From assembly GCA_964016885.1 (NCBI GenBank), contig CAXHJY010000738.1, positions 62,001 to 126,000 of the forward strand: a stretch of 64,000 nucleotides of DNA, written 5' to 3'. This document shows, piece after piece, positions 13,970-30,729 of this stretch; the stretch's first letter is position 1; each line of letters opens with the position of its first letter. This DNA comes from Eledone cirrhosa. Lineage: Eukaryota. Both the position numbers and the translations under genes were made by a program. The notes under the pieces are model-generated. The model saw only the letters and a program-made list of their open reading frames with translations. It had not been told where the DNA came from and made no database searches.

Positions 13970-16900
13970 AGTTATATTACAGTACAGTAGTAATAATACA
14001 GTACAGTAGATATATTACAGTACGGTAGTTATATTACAATACAGTAGGTATATTACAGTACAGTAGGTATATTACAGTACAGTAGATATTTTACAGTACA
14101 GTAGATATAATACAGTACAGTAGATATATTACAGTACAGTAGGTATATTACACTACAGTAGGTATATTACAGTACAGTAGGTATATTACAGTACAGTAGG
14201 CATATTAAAGTACAGTAGGTGTAATACAGTACAGTAGGTATATTACAGTACGGTAGGTATATTACAGTACAGTAGATATATTACAGTACAGTAGATATAA
14301 TACAGTACAGTAGATATATTACAGTACAGTAGGTATATTACAGTACAGTAGGTATATTACAGTACAGTAGGTATATTACAGTACAGTAGGTATAATACAG
14401 TACAGTAGGTATATTACAGTACAGTAGGTATATTACAGTACAGTAGGTATATTACAGTACAGTAGTTATAATACAGTACAGTAGGTATATTACAGTACAG
14501 TAATTATAATACAGTACAGTAGGTATATTACAGTACAGTAGGTATATTACAGTACAGTAGGTATATTACAGTACAGTAAATATATTACAGTACAGTAGAT
14601 ATATTACAGTACAGTAGGGATATTACAGTACAGTAGGTATATTACAGTACAGTAGATATATTACAGTACAGTAGGTGTATTACAGTACAGTAGGTATATT
14701 ACAGTACAGTAGATATTTTACAGTACAGTAGGTATAATACAGTACAGTAGATATATTACAGTACAGTAGTTATATTACAGTACAGTAGTAATAATACAGT
14801 ACAGTAGATATATTACAGTACGGTAGTTATATTACAATACAGTAGGTATATTACAGTACAGTAGGTATATTACAGTACAGTAGATATATTACAGTACAGT
14901 AGATATAATACAGTACAGTAGATATATTACAGTACAGTAGGTATATTACAGTACAGTAGGTATATTACAGTACAGTAGGTATATTACAGTACAGTAGGCA
15001 TATTACAGTACAGTAGGTATATTACAGTACAGTAGATAGATTACAGTACAGTAGATATATTACAGTACAGTAGGTATATTACAGTAGGTATATTATAGTA
15101 CAGTAGATATATTACAGTACAATAGGTATATTACAGTACTGTAGATATATTACAGTACAGTAGATATATTACAGTACAGTAGGTATATTACAGTACAGTA
15201 GGTATATTACAGTACAGTAGGTATATTACAGTACATTAGGTATATTATAGTACAGTAGGTATAATACAGTACAGTAGATATATTACAGTACAGTAGGTAT
15301 ATTACAGTACAGTAGGTATATTACAGTACAGTAGATATATTACAGTACAGTAGGTATAATACAGTAAAGTAGGTATATTACAGTACAGTAGGTATATTAC
15401 AGTACAGTAGGTATATTACAGTACAGTAGGTATATTACAGTACAGTAGATATATTACAGTACAGTAGGTATATTACAGTACAGTAGGTATATTACAGTAC
15501 AGTAGATAGAGTACAGTACAGTAGATATATTACAGTACAGTAGATATATTACAGTACAGTAGGTATATTACAGTACAGTAGGTATATTACAGTACATTAG
15601 GTATATTACAGTACAGTAGGTATAATACAGTACAGTAGATATATTACAGTACAGTAGGTATATTACAGTACAGTAGGTATATTACAGTACAGTAGTTATA
15701 TTACAGTACAGTAGTAATAATACAGTACAGTAGATATATTACAGTACGGTAGTTATATTACAATACAGTAGGTATATTACAGTACAGTAGGTATATTACA
15801 GTACAGTAGATATATTACAGTACAGTAGATATAATACAGTACAGTAGATATATTACAGTACAGTAGGTATATTACAGTACAGTAGGTATATTACAGTACA
15901 GTAGGTATATTACAGTACAGTAGGCATATTAAAGTACAGTAGGTGTAATACAGTACAGTAGGTATATTACAGTACGGTAGGTATATTACAGTACAGTAGA
16001 TATATTACAGTACAGTAGATATAATACAGTACAGTAGATATATTACAGTACAGTAGGTATATTACAGTACAGTAGGTATATTACAGTACAATAGGTATAT
16101 TACAGTACAGTAGGTATAATACAGTACAGTAGGTATATTACAGTACAGTAGGTATATTACAGTACAGTAGGTATATTACAGTACAGTAGTTATAATACAG
16201 TACAGTAGGTATATTACAGTACAGTAATTATAATACAGTACAGTAGGTATATTACAGTACAGTATGTATATTACAGTACAGTAGGTATATTACAGTACAG
16301 TAGGTATATTACAGTACAGTAGATATATTACAGTACAGTAGGGATATTACAGTACAGTAGGTATATTACAGTACAGTAGATATATTACAGTACAGTAGGT
16401 GTATTACAGTACAGTAGGTATATTACAGTACAGTAGATATTTTACAGTACAGTAGGTATAATACAGTACAGTAGATATATTACAGTACAGTAGTTATATT
16501 ACAGTACAGTAGTAATAATACAGTACAGTAGATATATTACAGTACGGTAGTTATATTACAATACAGTAGGTATATTACAGTACAGTAGGTATATTACAGT
16601 ACAGTAGATATATTACAGTACAGTAGATATAATACAGTACAGTAGATATATTACAGTACAGTAGGTATATTACAGTACAGTAGGTATATTACAGTACAGT
16701 AGGTATATTACAGTACAGTAGGCATATTACAGTACAGTAGGTATATTACAGTACAGTAGATAGATTACAGTACAGTAGATATATTACAGTACAGTAGGTA
16801 TATTACAGTAGGTATATTATAGTACAGTAGATATATTACAGTACAATAGGTATATTACAGTACTGTAGATATATTACAGTACAGTAGATATATTACAGTA

Positions 16901-17410
16901 CAGTAGGTATATTACAGTACAGTAGGTATATTACAGTACAGTAGGTATATTACAGTACATTAGGTATATTATAGTACAGTAGGTATAATACAGTACAGTA
17001 GATATATTACAGTACAGGAGGTATATTACAGTACAGTAGGTATATTACAGTACAGTAGATATATTACAGTACAGTAGGTATAATACAGTAAAGTAGGTAT
17101 ATTACAGTACAGTAGGTATATTACAGTACAGTAGGTATATTACAGTACAGTAGGTATATTACAGTACAGTAGATATATTACAGTACAGTAGGTATATTAC
17201 AGTACAGTAGGTATATTACAGTACAGTAGATAGAGTACAGTACAGTAGATATATTACAGTACAGTAGATATATTACAGTACAGTAGGTATATTACAGTAC
17301 AGTAGGTATATTACAGTACATTAGGTATATTACAGTACAGTAGGTATAATACAGTACAGTAGATATATTACAGTACAATAGGTATATTACAGTACAGTAG
17401 GTATATTACA
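13970..17410. repeat. Higher-order tandem duplication, period 1,724 bp (91 monomers including one 14-bp unit)
   Basis: CATATTAAAG 14201/15925 and TAATTATAAT 14501/16225, both offset 1,724 = 91x19-5. Confidence 0.88.
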
Positions 17411-17899
17411 GTACAGTAGATATATTACAGTACAGTAGATATAATACAGTAAAGTAGGTATATTACAGTACAGTAGGTATATTACAGTACAGTAGGTATA
17501 ATACAGTACAGTAGGTATATTACAGTACAGTAGGTATATTACAGTACAGTAGGTATGTTACAGTACAGTAGGTATATTACAGTACAGTAGGTATATTACA
17601 GTACAGTAGGTATATTACAGTACAGTAGGTATATTACAGTACAGTAGATATATTACAGTACAGTAGGTATATTACAGTACAGTAGTTATAATACAGTACA
17701 GTAGATATATTACAGTACAGTAGTTATAATACAGTACAGTAGGTATATTACATTACAGTAGGTATATTACAGTACAGTAGGTATATTACAGTACAGTAGA
17801 TATATTACAGTACAGTAGGGATATTACAGTACAGTAGGTATATTACAGTACAGTAGATATATTACAGTACAGTAGGTATATTACAGTACAGTAGGTATA

Positions 17900-20800
17900 T
17901 TACAGTACAGTAGGTATAATACAGTACAGTAGATATATTACAGTACAGTAGTTATATTACAGTACAGTAGTAATAATACAGTACAGTAGATATATTACAG
18001 TACAGTATTTATATTACAGTACAGTAGTTATAATACAGTACAGTAGATATATTACAGTACAGTAGTTATAATACAGTACAGTAGGTATATTACAGTACAG
18101 TAGGTATATTACAGTACAGTAGGTATATTACAGTACAGTAGATATATTACAGTACAGTAGGTATATTACAGTACAGTAGGTATATTACAGTACAGTAGGT
18201 ATATTACAGTACAGTAGGTATATTACAGTACATTAAATAGATTACAGTACAGTAGATATATTACAGTACAGTAGATATATTACAGTACAGTAGGTATATT
18301 ACAGTACAGTAGGTATATTACATTACAGTAGGTACATTACAGTACAGTAGATATATTACAGTACGGTAGTTATATTACAGTACAGTAGGTATATTACAGT
18401 ACAGTAGGTATATTACCGTACAGTAGGTATATTACTGTACAGTAGGTATATTACAGTACAGTAGTTATATTACAGTACAGTAGGCATATTACAGTACAGT
18501 AGGTATATTACAGTACAGTAGATATATTACAGTACAGTAGGTATAATACAGTACAGTAGGTATATTACAGTACAGTAGGTATATTACAGTACAGTAGGTA
18601 TATTACAGTACAGTAGGTATATTACACTACAGTAGGTATATTACAGTACAGTAGGTATATTAAAGTACAGTAGGTATAATACAGTACAGTAGGTATATTA
18701 CAGTACATTAGGTGTATTACAGTACAGTAGATATATTACAGTACAGTAGATATAATACAGTACAGTAGATATATTACAGTACAGTATGTATATTACAGTA
18801 CAGTAGGTATATTACAGTACAGAAGGTATATTACAGTACAGTAGGCATATTACAGTACAGTAGGTATATTACAGTACAGTAGATAGATTACAGTAGATAT
18901 ATTACAGTACAGTAGGTATATTACAGTACAGTAGGTATATTATAGTACAGTAGATATATTACAGTACAGTAGGTATATTACAGTACAGTAGATATATTAC
19001 AGTACAGTAGATATATTACAGTACAGTAGGTATATTACAGTACAGTAGGTATATTACAGTACATTAGGTATATTACAGTACAGTAGGTATAATACAGTAC
19101 AGTAGATATATTACAGTACAGTAGGTATATTACAGTACAGTAGGTATATTACAGTACAGTAGATATATTACAGTACAGTAGGTATAATACAGTAAAGTAG
19201 GTATATTACAGTACAGTAGGTATATTACAGTACAGTAGGTATATTACAGTACAGTAGGTATATTGCAGTACAGTAGATATATTACAGTACAGTAGGTATA
19301 TTACAGTACAGTAGGTATATTACAGTACAGTAGATAGAGTACAGTACAGTAGATATATTACAGTACAGTAGGTATATTACAGTACAGTAGGTATATTACA
19401 GTACAGTAGGTATATTACAGTACAGTAGGTATATTACAGTACAGTAGGTATATTACAGTACAGTAGGTATATTACAGTACAGTAGATAGATTACAGTACA
19501 GTAGGTATATTACAGTACAGTAGATATATTACAGTACAGTAGATATATTACAGTACAGTAGATATATTACAGTACAGTAGGTATATTACAGTACAGTAGG
19601 TATATTACAGTACAGTAGGTATATTGCAGTACAGTAGATATATTACAGTACAGTAGGTATAATACAGTACAGTAGGTATATTACAGTACAGTAGGTATAT
19701 TACAGTACGGTAGGTATATTACAGTACAGTAGTTATAATACAGTACAGTAGGTATATTACAGTACAGTAGTTATAATACAGTACAGTAGGTATATTACAG
19801 TACAGTAGGTATATTACAGTACAGTAGGTATATTACAGTACAGTAGGTATATTACAGTACAGTAGATATATTACAGTACAGTAGGGATATTACAGTACAG
19901 TAGGTATATTACAGTACAGTAGATATATTACAGTACAGTAGGAGTATTACAGTACAGTAGGTATATTACAGTACAGTAGATATTTTACAGTACAGTAGGT
20001 ATAATACAGTACAGTAGATATATTACAGTACAGTAGTTATATTACAGTACAGTAGTAATAATACAGTACAGTAGATATATTACAGTACAGTAGTTATATT
20101 ACAGTACAGTAGTTATAATACAGTACAGTAGATATATTACAGTACAGTAGTTATAATACAGTACAGTAGGTATATTACAGTACAGTAGGTATATTACAGT
20201 ACAGTAGGTATATTCCAGTACAGTAGGTATATTACAGTACATTAAATAGTTTACAGTACAGTAGATATATTACAGTACAGTAGATATATTACAGTACAGT
20301 AGGTATATTACAGTACAGTAGGTATATTACAGTACAGTAGGTTTATTACAGTACAGTAGATATATTACAGTACGGTAGTTATATTACAGTACAGTAGGTA
20401 TATTACAGTACAGTAGGTATATTACAGTACAGTAGGTATATTACTGTACAGTAGGTATATTACAGTACAGTAGATATATTACAGTACAGTAGTTATATTA
20501 CAGTACAGTAGGTATATTACAGTACAGTAGGTATATTACAGTACAGTAGATATATTACACTACAGTAGGTATATTACAGTACAGTAGGTATATTACAGTA
20601 CAGTAGGTATATTACAGTACAGTAGGTATATTACAGTACAGTAGGTATATTACACTACAGTAGGTATATTACAGTACAGTAGGTATATTAAAGTACAGTA
20701 GGTATAATACAGTACAATAGGTATATTACATTACAGTAGGTATATTACAGTACAGTAGATATATTACAGTACAGTAGATATAATACAGTACAGTAGATAT

Positions 20801-23800
20801 ATTACAGTACAGTAGGTATATTACAGTACAGTAGGTATATTACAGTACAGTAGGTATATTACAGTACAGTAGGCATATTACAGTACAGTAGGTATATTAC
20901 AGTACAGTAGATAGATTACAGTACAGTAGATATATTACAGTACAGTAGGTATATTACAGTAGGTATATTATAGTACAGTAGATATATTACAGTACAGTAG
21001 GTATATTACAGTACTGTAGATATATTACAGTACAGTAGATATATTACAGTACAGTAGGTATATTACAGTACAGTAGGTATATTACAGTACATTAGGTATA
21101 TTATAGTACAGTAGGTATAATACAGTACAGTAGATATATTACAGTACAGTAGGTATATTACAGTACAGTAGTAATAATACAGTACAGTAGATATATTACA
21201 GTACAGTATTTATGTTACAGTACAGTAGTTATAATACAGTACAGTAGATATATTACAGTACAGTAGTTATAATACAGTACAGTAGGTATATTCCAGTACA
21301 TTAGGTATATTATAGTACAGTAGGTATAATACAGTACAGTAGATATATTACAGTACAGTAGGTATATTACAGTACAGTAGTAATAATACAGTACTGTAGA
21401 TATATTACAGTACAGTATTTATATTACAGTACAGTAGTTATAATACAGTACAGTAGATATATTACAGTACAGTAGTTATAATACAGTACAGTAGGTATAT
21501 TACAGTACAGTAGGTATATTACAGTACAGTAGGTATATTACAGTACAGTAGATATATTACAGTACAGTAGGTATATTACAGTACAGTAGGTATATTACAG
21601 TACAGTAGGTATATTACAGTACAGTAGGTATATTACAGTACATTAAATAGATTACAGTACAGTAGATATATTACAGTACAGTAGATATATTACAGTACAG
21701 TAGGTCTATTACAGTACAGTAGGTATATTACAGTACAGTAGGTATATTACAGTACAGTAGATATATTACAGTACGGTAGTTATATTACAGTACAGTAGGT
21801 ATATTACAGTACAGTAGGTTTATTACCGTACAGTAGGTATATTACTGTACAGTAGGTATATTACTGGAACAGTAGATACATTACAGTACAGTAGTTATAT
21901 TACAGTACAGTAGATATATTACAGTACAGTAGGTATAATACAGTACAGTAGGTATATTACAGTACAGTAGGTATATTACAGTACAGTAGGTATAATACAG
22001 TACAGTAGGTATATTACAGTACAGTAGGTATATTACAGTACAGTAGGTATATTACACTACAGTAGGTATATTACAGTACAGTAGGTATATTAAAGTACAG
22101 TAGGTATAATACAGTACAGTAGGTATATTACAGTACAGTAGGTATATTACAGTACAGTAGGTATATTACAGTACAGTAGGCATATTACAGTACAGTAGGT
22201 ATATTACAGTACAGAAGATAGATTACAGTACAGTAGATATATTACAGTACAGTAGGTATATTACAGTACAGTAGGTATATTATAGTACAGTAGATATATT
22301 ACAGTACAGTAGGTATATTACAGTACAGTAGATATATTACAGTACAGTAGATATATTACAGTACAGTAGGTATATTACAGTACAGTAGGTATATTACAGT
22401 ACATTAGGTATATTACAGTACAGTAGGTATAATACAGTACAGTAGATATATTACAGTACAGTAGGTATATTACAGTACAGTAGGTATATTACAGTACAGT
22501 AGATATATTACAGTACAGTAGGTATAATACAGTAAAGTAGGTATATTACAGTACAGTAGGTATATTACAGTACAGTAGGTATATTACAGTACAGTAGGTA
22601 TATTGCAGTACAGTAGATATATTACAGTACAGTAGGTATATTACAGTACAGTAGGTATATTACAGTACAGTAGATAGAGTACAGTACAGTAGATATATTA
22701 CAGTACAGTAGGTATATTACAGTACAGTAGGTATATTACAGTACAGTAGGTATATTACAGTACAGTAGGTATATTACAGTACAGTAGATAGATTACAGTA
22801 CAGTAGGTATATTACAGTACAGTAGATATATTACAGTACAGTAGATATATTACAGTACAGTAGATATATTACAGTACAGTAGGTATATTACAGTACAGTA
22901 GATATATTACAGTACAGTAGGTATATTACAGTACAGTAGATATATTACAGTACAGTAGGTATATTACAGTACAGTAGGTATATTACAGTACAGTAGGTAT
23001 ATTACAGTACAGTAGATATATTACAGTACAGTAGGTATATTACAGTACAGTAGGTATATTACAGTACAGTAGGTATATTACAGTACAGTAGTTATAATAC
23101 AGTACAGTAGGTATATTACAGTACAGTAGTTATAATACAGTACAGTAGGTATATTACAGTACAGTAGGTATATTACAGTACAGTAGGTATATTACAGTAC
23201 AGTAGGTATATTACAGTACAGTAGATATATTACAGTACAGTAGGGATATTACAGTACAGTAGGTATATTACAGTACAGTAGATATATTACAGTACAGTAG
23301 GTGTATTACAGTACAGTAGGTATATTACAGTACAGTAGATATTTTACAGTACAGTAGGTATAATACAGTACAGTAGATATATTACAGTACAGTAGTTATA
23401 TTACAGTACAGTAGTAATAATACAGTACAGTAGATATATTACAGTACAGTAGTTATATTACAGTACAGTAGTTATAATACAGTACAGTAGATATATTACA
23501 GTACAGTAGTTATAATACAGTACAGTAGGTATATTACAGTACAGTAGGTATATTACAGTACAGTAGGTATATTACAGTACAGTAGGTATATTACAGTACA
23601 TTAAATAGATTACAGTACAGTAGATATATTACAGTACAGTAGATATATTACAGTACAGTAGGTATATTACAGTACAGTAGGTATATTACAGTACAGTAGG
23701 TTTATTACAGTACAGTAGATATATTACAGTACGGTAGTTATATTACAGTACAGTAGGTATATTACAGTACAGTAGGTATATTACAGTACAGTAGGTATAT

Positions 23801-24500
23801 TACTGTACAGTAGGTATATTACAGTACAGTAGATATATTACAGTACAGTAGTTATATTACAGTACAGTAGGTATATTACAGTACAGTAGGTATATTACAA
23901 TACAGTAGATATATTACAGTACAGTAGGTATATTACAGTACAGTAGGTATATTACAGTACAGTAGGTATATTACAGTACAGTAGGTATATTACAGTACAG
24001 TAGGTATATTACACTACAGTAGGTATATTACAGTACAGTAGGTATATTAAAGTACAGTAGGTATAATACAGTACAGTAGGTATATTACAGTACAGTAGGT
24101 ATATTACAGTACAGTAGATATATTACAGTACAGTAGATATAATACAGTACAGTAGATATATTACAGTACAGTAGGTATATTACAGTACAGTAGGTATATT
24201 ACAGTACAGTAGGCATATTACAGTACAGTAGGTATATTACAGTACAGTAGATAGATTACAGTACAGTAGATATATTACAGTACAGTAGGTATATTACAGT
24301 AGGTATATTATAGTACAGTAGATATATTACAGTACAGTAGGTATATTACAGTACTGTAGATATATTACAGTACAGTAGATATATTACAGTACAGTAGGTA
24401 TATTACAGTACAGTAGGTATATTACAGTACATTAGGTATATTATAGTACAGTAGGTATAATACAGTACAGTAGATATATTACAGTACAGTAGGTATATTA
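17900..24500. repeat. Imperfect higher-order duplication, period ~3.4 kb
   Basis: CATTAAATAG at 18231, 20240, 21641 and 23599 (offsets 3,410 and 3,359). TATTACCGTA followed by ATTACTGTAC occurs at ~18411 and ~21821. Confidence 0.75.
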
Positions 24501-27500
24501 CAGTACAGTAGGTATATTACAGTACAGTAGATATATTACAGTACAGTAGGTATAATACAGTAAAGTAGGTATATTACAGTACAGTAGGTATATTACAGTA
24601 CAGTAGGTATATTACAGTACAGTAGGTATATTACAGTACAGTAGATATATTACAGTACAGTAGGTATATTACAGTACAGTAGGTATATTACAGTACAGTA
24701 GATAGAGTACAGTACAGTAGATATATTACAGTACAGTAGGTATATTACAGTACAGTAGGTATATTACAGTACAGTAGGTATATTACAGTACAGTAGGTAT
24801 ATTACAGTACAGTAGGTATATTACAGTACAGTAGATATATTACAGTACAGTAGGTATATTACAGTACAGTAGATAGATTACAGTACAGTAGGTATATTAC
24901 AGTACAGTAGATATATTACAGTACAGTAGATATATTACAGTACAGTAGATATATTACAGTACAATAGGTATATTACAGTACAGTAGATATATTACAGTAC
25001 AGTAGGTATATTACAGTACAGTAGATATATTACAGTACAGTAGGTATATTACAGTACAGTAGGTATATTACAGTACAGTAGATATATTACAGTACAGTAG
25101 ATATATTACAGTACAGTAAGTATAATACAGTACAGTAGGTATATTACAGTACAGTAGGTATATTACAGTACAGTAGGTATATTACAGTACAGTAGTTATA
25201 ATACAGTACAGTAGGTATATTACAGTACAGTAGTTATAATACAGTACAGTAGGTATATTACAGTACAGTAGGTATATTACAGTACAGTAGGTATATTACA
25301 GTACAGTAGATATATTACAGTACAGTAGGTATATTACAGTACAGTAGGTATATTACAGTACAGTAGGTTTATTACAGTACAGTAGATATATTACAGTACG
25401 GTAGTTATATTACAGTACAGTAGGTATATTACAGTACAGTAGGTATATTACAGTACAGTAGGTATATTACTGTACAGTAGGTATATTACAGTACAGTAGA
25501 TATATTACAGTACAGTAGTTATATTACAGTACAGTAGGTATATTACAGTACAGTAGGTATATTACAGTACAGTAGATATATTACAGTACAGTAGGTATAT
25601 TACAGTACAGTAGGTATATTACAGTACAGTAGGTATATTACAGTACAGTAGGTATATTACAGTACAGTAGGTATATTACACTACAGTAGGTATATTACAG
25701 TACAGTAGGTATATTAAAGTACAGTAGGTATAATACAGTACAGTAGGTATATTACAGTACAGTAGGTATATTACAGTACAGTAGATATATTACAGTACAG
25801 TAGATATAATACAGTACAGTAGATATATTACAGTACAGTAGGTATATTACAGTACAGTAGGCATATTACAGTACAGTAGGTATATTACAGTACAGTAGGT
25901 ATATTACAGTACAGTAGGTATATTACAGTACAGTAGGCATATTACAGTACAGTAGGTATATTACAGTACAGTAGATAGATTACAGTACAGTAGATATATT
26001 ACAGTACAGTAGGTATATTACAGTAGGTATATTATAGTACAGTAGATATATTACAGTACAGTAGGTATATTACAGTACTGTAGATATATTACAGTACAGT
26101 AGATATATTACAGTACAGTAGGTATATTACAGTACAGTAGGTATATTACAGTACATTAGGTATATTATAGTACAGTAGGTATAATACAGTACAGTAGATA
26201 TATTACAGTACAGTAGGTATATTACAGTACAGTAGGTATATTACAGTACAGTAGATATATTACAGTACAGTAGGTATAATACAGTAAAGTAGGTATATTA
26301 CAGTACAGTAGGTATATTACAGTACAGTAGGTATATTACAGTACAGTAGGTATATTACAGTACAGTAGATATATTACAGTACAGTAGGTATATTACAGTA
26401 CAGTAGGTATATTACAGTACAGTAGATAGAGTACAGTACAGTAGATATATTACAGTACAGTAGGTATATTACAGTACAGTAGGTGTATTACAGTACAGTA
26501 GATATATTACAGTACTACAGTACAGTAGGTATATTACAGTTCAGTAGATATATTACAGTACAGTAGGTATATTACAGTACAGTAGGTATATTACAGTACA
26601 GTAGGTATATTACAGTGCAGTAGGTATATTACAGTACAGTAGATATATTACAGTACAGTAGGTATATTACAGTACAGTAGATAGATTACAGTACAGTAGG
26701 TATATTACAGTACAGTAGATATATTACAGTACAGTAGATATATTACAGTACAGTAGGTATATTACAGTACAGTAGATATATTACAGTACAGTAGGTATAT
26801 TACAGTACAGTAGATATATTACAGTACCGTAGGTATATTACAGTACAGTAGGTATATTACAGTACAGTAGATATATTACAGTACAGTAGATATATTACAG
26901 TACAGTAGGTATAATACAGTACAGTAGGTATATTACAGTACAGTAGATATATTACAGTACAGTAGGTATATTACAGTACAGTAGTTATAATACAGTACAG
27001 TAGCTATATTACAGTACAGTAGTTATAATACAGTACAGTAGGTATATTACAGTACAGTAGGTATATTACAGTACAGTAGGTATATTACAGTACAGTAGAT
27101 ATATTACAGTACAGTAGGTATATTACAGTACACTAGATAGATTACAGTACAGTAGGTATAATACAGTACAGTAGGTATATTACAGTACAGTAGGTATATT
27201 ACAGTACAGTAGGTATATTACAGTACAGTAGTTATAATACAGTACAGTAGGTATATTACAGTACAGTAGTTATAATACAGTACAGTAGGTATATTACAGT
27301 ACAGTAGGTATATTACAGTACAGTAGGTATTTTACAGTACAGTAGGTATATTACAGTACAGTAGATATAATACAATACAGTAGATATATTACAGTACAGT
27401 AGGTATATTACAGTACAGTAGGTATATTACAGTACAGTAGGTATATTACACTACAGTAGATATATTACAGTACAGTAGGTATATTACAGTACAGTAGGTA

Positions 27501-30500
27501 TAATACCATACAGTAGGTATATAACAGTACAGTAGGTATATTACAGTACAGTAGGTATAATACAGTACAGTAGATATATTACAGTACAGTAGGTATATTA
27601 CAGTACAGTAGGTATATTACAGTACAGTAGGTATATTACAGTACAGTAGATATATTACAGTACAGTAGATATATTACAGTACAGTAGATATATTACAGTA
27701 CAGTAGGTATATTACAGTACAGTAGATAGATTACAGTACAGTAGATAGATTACAGTACAGTAGGTATATTACAGTACAGTAGATAGATTACAGTACAGTA
27801 GATATATTACAGTACAGTAGATATATTACAGTACAGTAGGTATATTACAGTACAGTAGATATATTACAGTACAGTAGGTATATTACAGTACAGTAGGTAT
27901 ATTACAGTACAGTAGGTATATTACAGTACAGTAGATATATTACAGTACAGTAGATATATTACAGTACAGTAGATATATTACAGTACAGTAGGTATATTAC
28001 AGTACAGTAGATAGATTACAGTACAGTAGATAGATTACAGTACAGTAGGTATATTACAGTACAGTAGATAGATTACAGTACAGTAGATATATTACAGTAC
28101 AGTAGGTATATTACAGTACAGTAGGTATATTACAGTACAGTAGGTATATTACAGTACAGTAGGTATAATACAGTACAGTAGGTATATTACAGTACAGTAG
28201 GTATATTACAGTACAGTAGGTATAATACAGTACAGTAGGTATATTACAGTACAGTAGTTATATTACAGTACAGTAGGTATGTTACAGTACAGTAGGTATA
28301 TTACAGTACAGTTGGTATATTACAGTACAGTAGGTATATTACAGTACAGTAGGTATATTACAGTACAATAGATATATTACAGTACAGTAGGTATATTACA
28401 GTACAGTAGGTATATTACAGTACAGTAGATAGAGTACAGTACAGTAGATATATTACAGTACAGTAGGTATATTACAGTACAGTAGGTATATTACAGTACA
28501 GTAGGTATATTACAGTACAGTAGGTATATTACAGTACAGTAGATATATTACAGTACAGTAGGTATATTACAATACAGTAGGTATATTACAGTACAGTAGG
28601 TATATTACAGTACAGTAGGTATATTACAGTACAGTAGATATATTACAGTACAGTAGATATATTACAGTACAGTAGATAGATTACAGTACAGTAGATATAT
28701 TACAGTACAGTAGGTATATTATAGTACAGTAGGTATATTACAGTACAGTAGGTATATTACAGTACAGTAGGTATAATACAGTAAAGTAGGTATATTACAG
28801 TACAGTAGGTATATTACATTACAGAAGGTATAATACAGTACAGTAGGTATATTACAGTACAGTAGGTATATTACAGTACAGTAGGTATGTTACAGTACAT
28901 TAGGTATATTACAGTACAGTAGGTATATTACAGTACAGTAGGTATATTACAGTACAGTAGGTATATCACAGTACAGTAGATATATTTACAGTACAGTAGG
29001 TATATTACAGTACAGTAGGTATATTACAGTACAGTAGATAGAGTACAGTACAGTAGATATATTACAGTACAGTAGGTATAATACAGTACAGTAGGTATAT
29101 TACAGTACAGTAGGTATATTACAGTACAGTAGGTATATTACAGTACAGTAGGTTTATTACAGTACAGTAGATATATTGCAGTCCAGTAGGTATATTACAG
29201 TACAGTAGGTATATTACAGTACAGTAGGTATATTACAGTACAGTAGATATATTACAGTACAGTAGGTATATTACAGTACAGTAGGTATATTACAGTACAG
29301 TAGATAGAGTACAGTACAGTAGATATATTACAGTACAGTAGGTATAATACAGTACAGTAGGTATATTACAGTACAGTAGGTATATTACAGTACAGTAGGT
29401 ATATTACAGTACAGTAGGTATATTACAGTACAGTAGGTATATTACAGTACAGTAGATATATTGCAGTACAGTAGGTATATTGCAGTACAGTAGATAGATT
29501 ACAGTACATTAGATATATTACAGTACAGTAGGTATATTACAGTACAGTAGATATATTACAGTACAGTAGGTATATTACAGTACAGTAGATAGATTACAGT
29601 ACAGTAGGTATAATACAGTACAGTAGGTATATTACAGTACAGTAGGTATATTACAGTACAGTAGGTATATTACAGTACAGTAGTTATAATACAGTACAGT
29701 AGGTATATTACAGTACAGTAGTTATAATACAGTACAGTAGGTATATTACAGTACAGTAGGTATATTACAGTACAGTAGGTATTTTACAGTACAGTAGGTA
29801 TATTACAGTACAGTAGATATAATACAATACAGTAGATATATTACAGTACAGTAGGTATATTACAGTACAGTAGGTATATTACAGTACAGTAGGTATATTA
29901 CACTACAGTAGATATATTACAGTACAGTAGGTATATTACAGTACAGTAGGTATAATACCATACAGTAGGTATATTACAGTACAGTAGGTATATTACAGTA
30001 CAGTAGGTATTTTACAGTACAGTAGGTATATTACAGTACAGTAGATATAATACAATACAGTAGATATATTACAGTACAGTAGGTATATTACAGTACAGTA
30101 GGTATATTACAGTACAGTAGGTATATTACAGTACAGTAGGTATAATACAGTACAGTAGGTATATTACAGTACAGTAGGTATATTACAGTACAGTAGGTAT
30201 AATACAGTACAGTAGGTATATTACAGTACAGTAGTTATATTACAGTACAGTAGGTATGTTACAGTACAGTAGGTATATTACAGTACAGTTGGTATATTAC
30301 AGTACAGTAGGTATATTACAGTACAGTAGGTATATTACAGTACAATAGATATATTACAGTACAGTAGGTATATTACAGTACAGTAGGTATATTACAGTAC
30401 AGTAGATAGAGTACAGTACAGTAGATATATTACAGTACAGTAGGTATATTACAGTACAGTAGGTATATTACAGTACAGTAGGTATATTACAGTACAGTAG

Positions 30501-30729
30501 GTATATTACAGTACAGTAGATATATTACAGTACAGTAGGTATATTACAATACAGTAGGTATATTACAGTACAGTAGGTATATTACAGTACAGTAGGTATA
30601 TTACAGTACAGTAGATATATTACAGTACAGTAGATATATTACTGTACAGTAGATAGATTACAGTACAGTAGATATATTACATTACACTAGGTATATTACA
30701 GTACAGTAGATATATTACAGTACAGTAGG

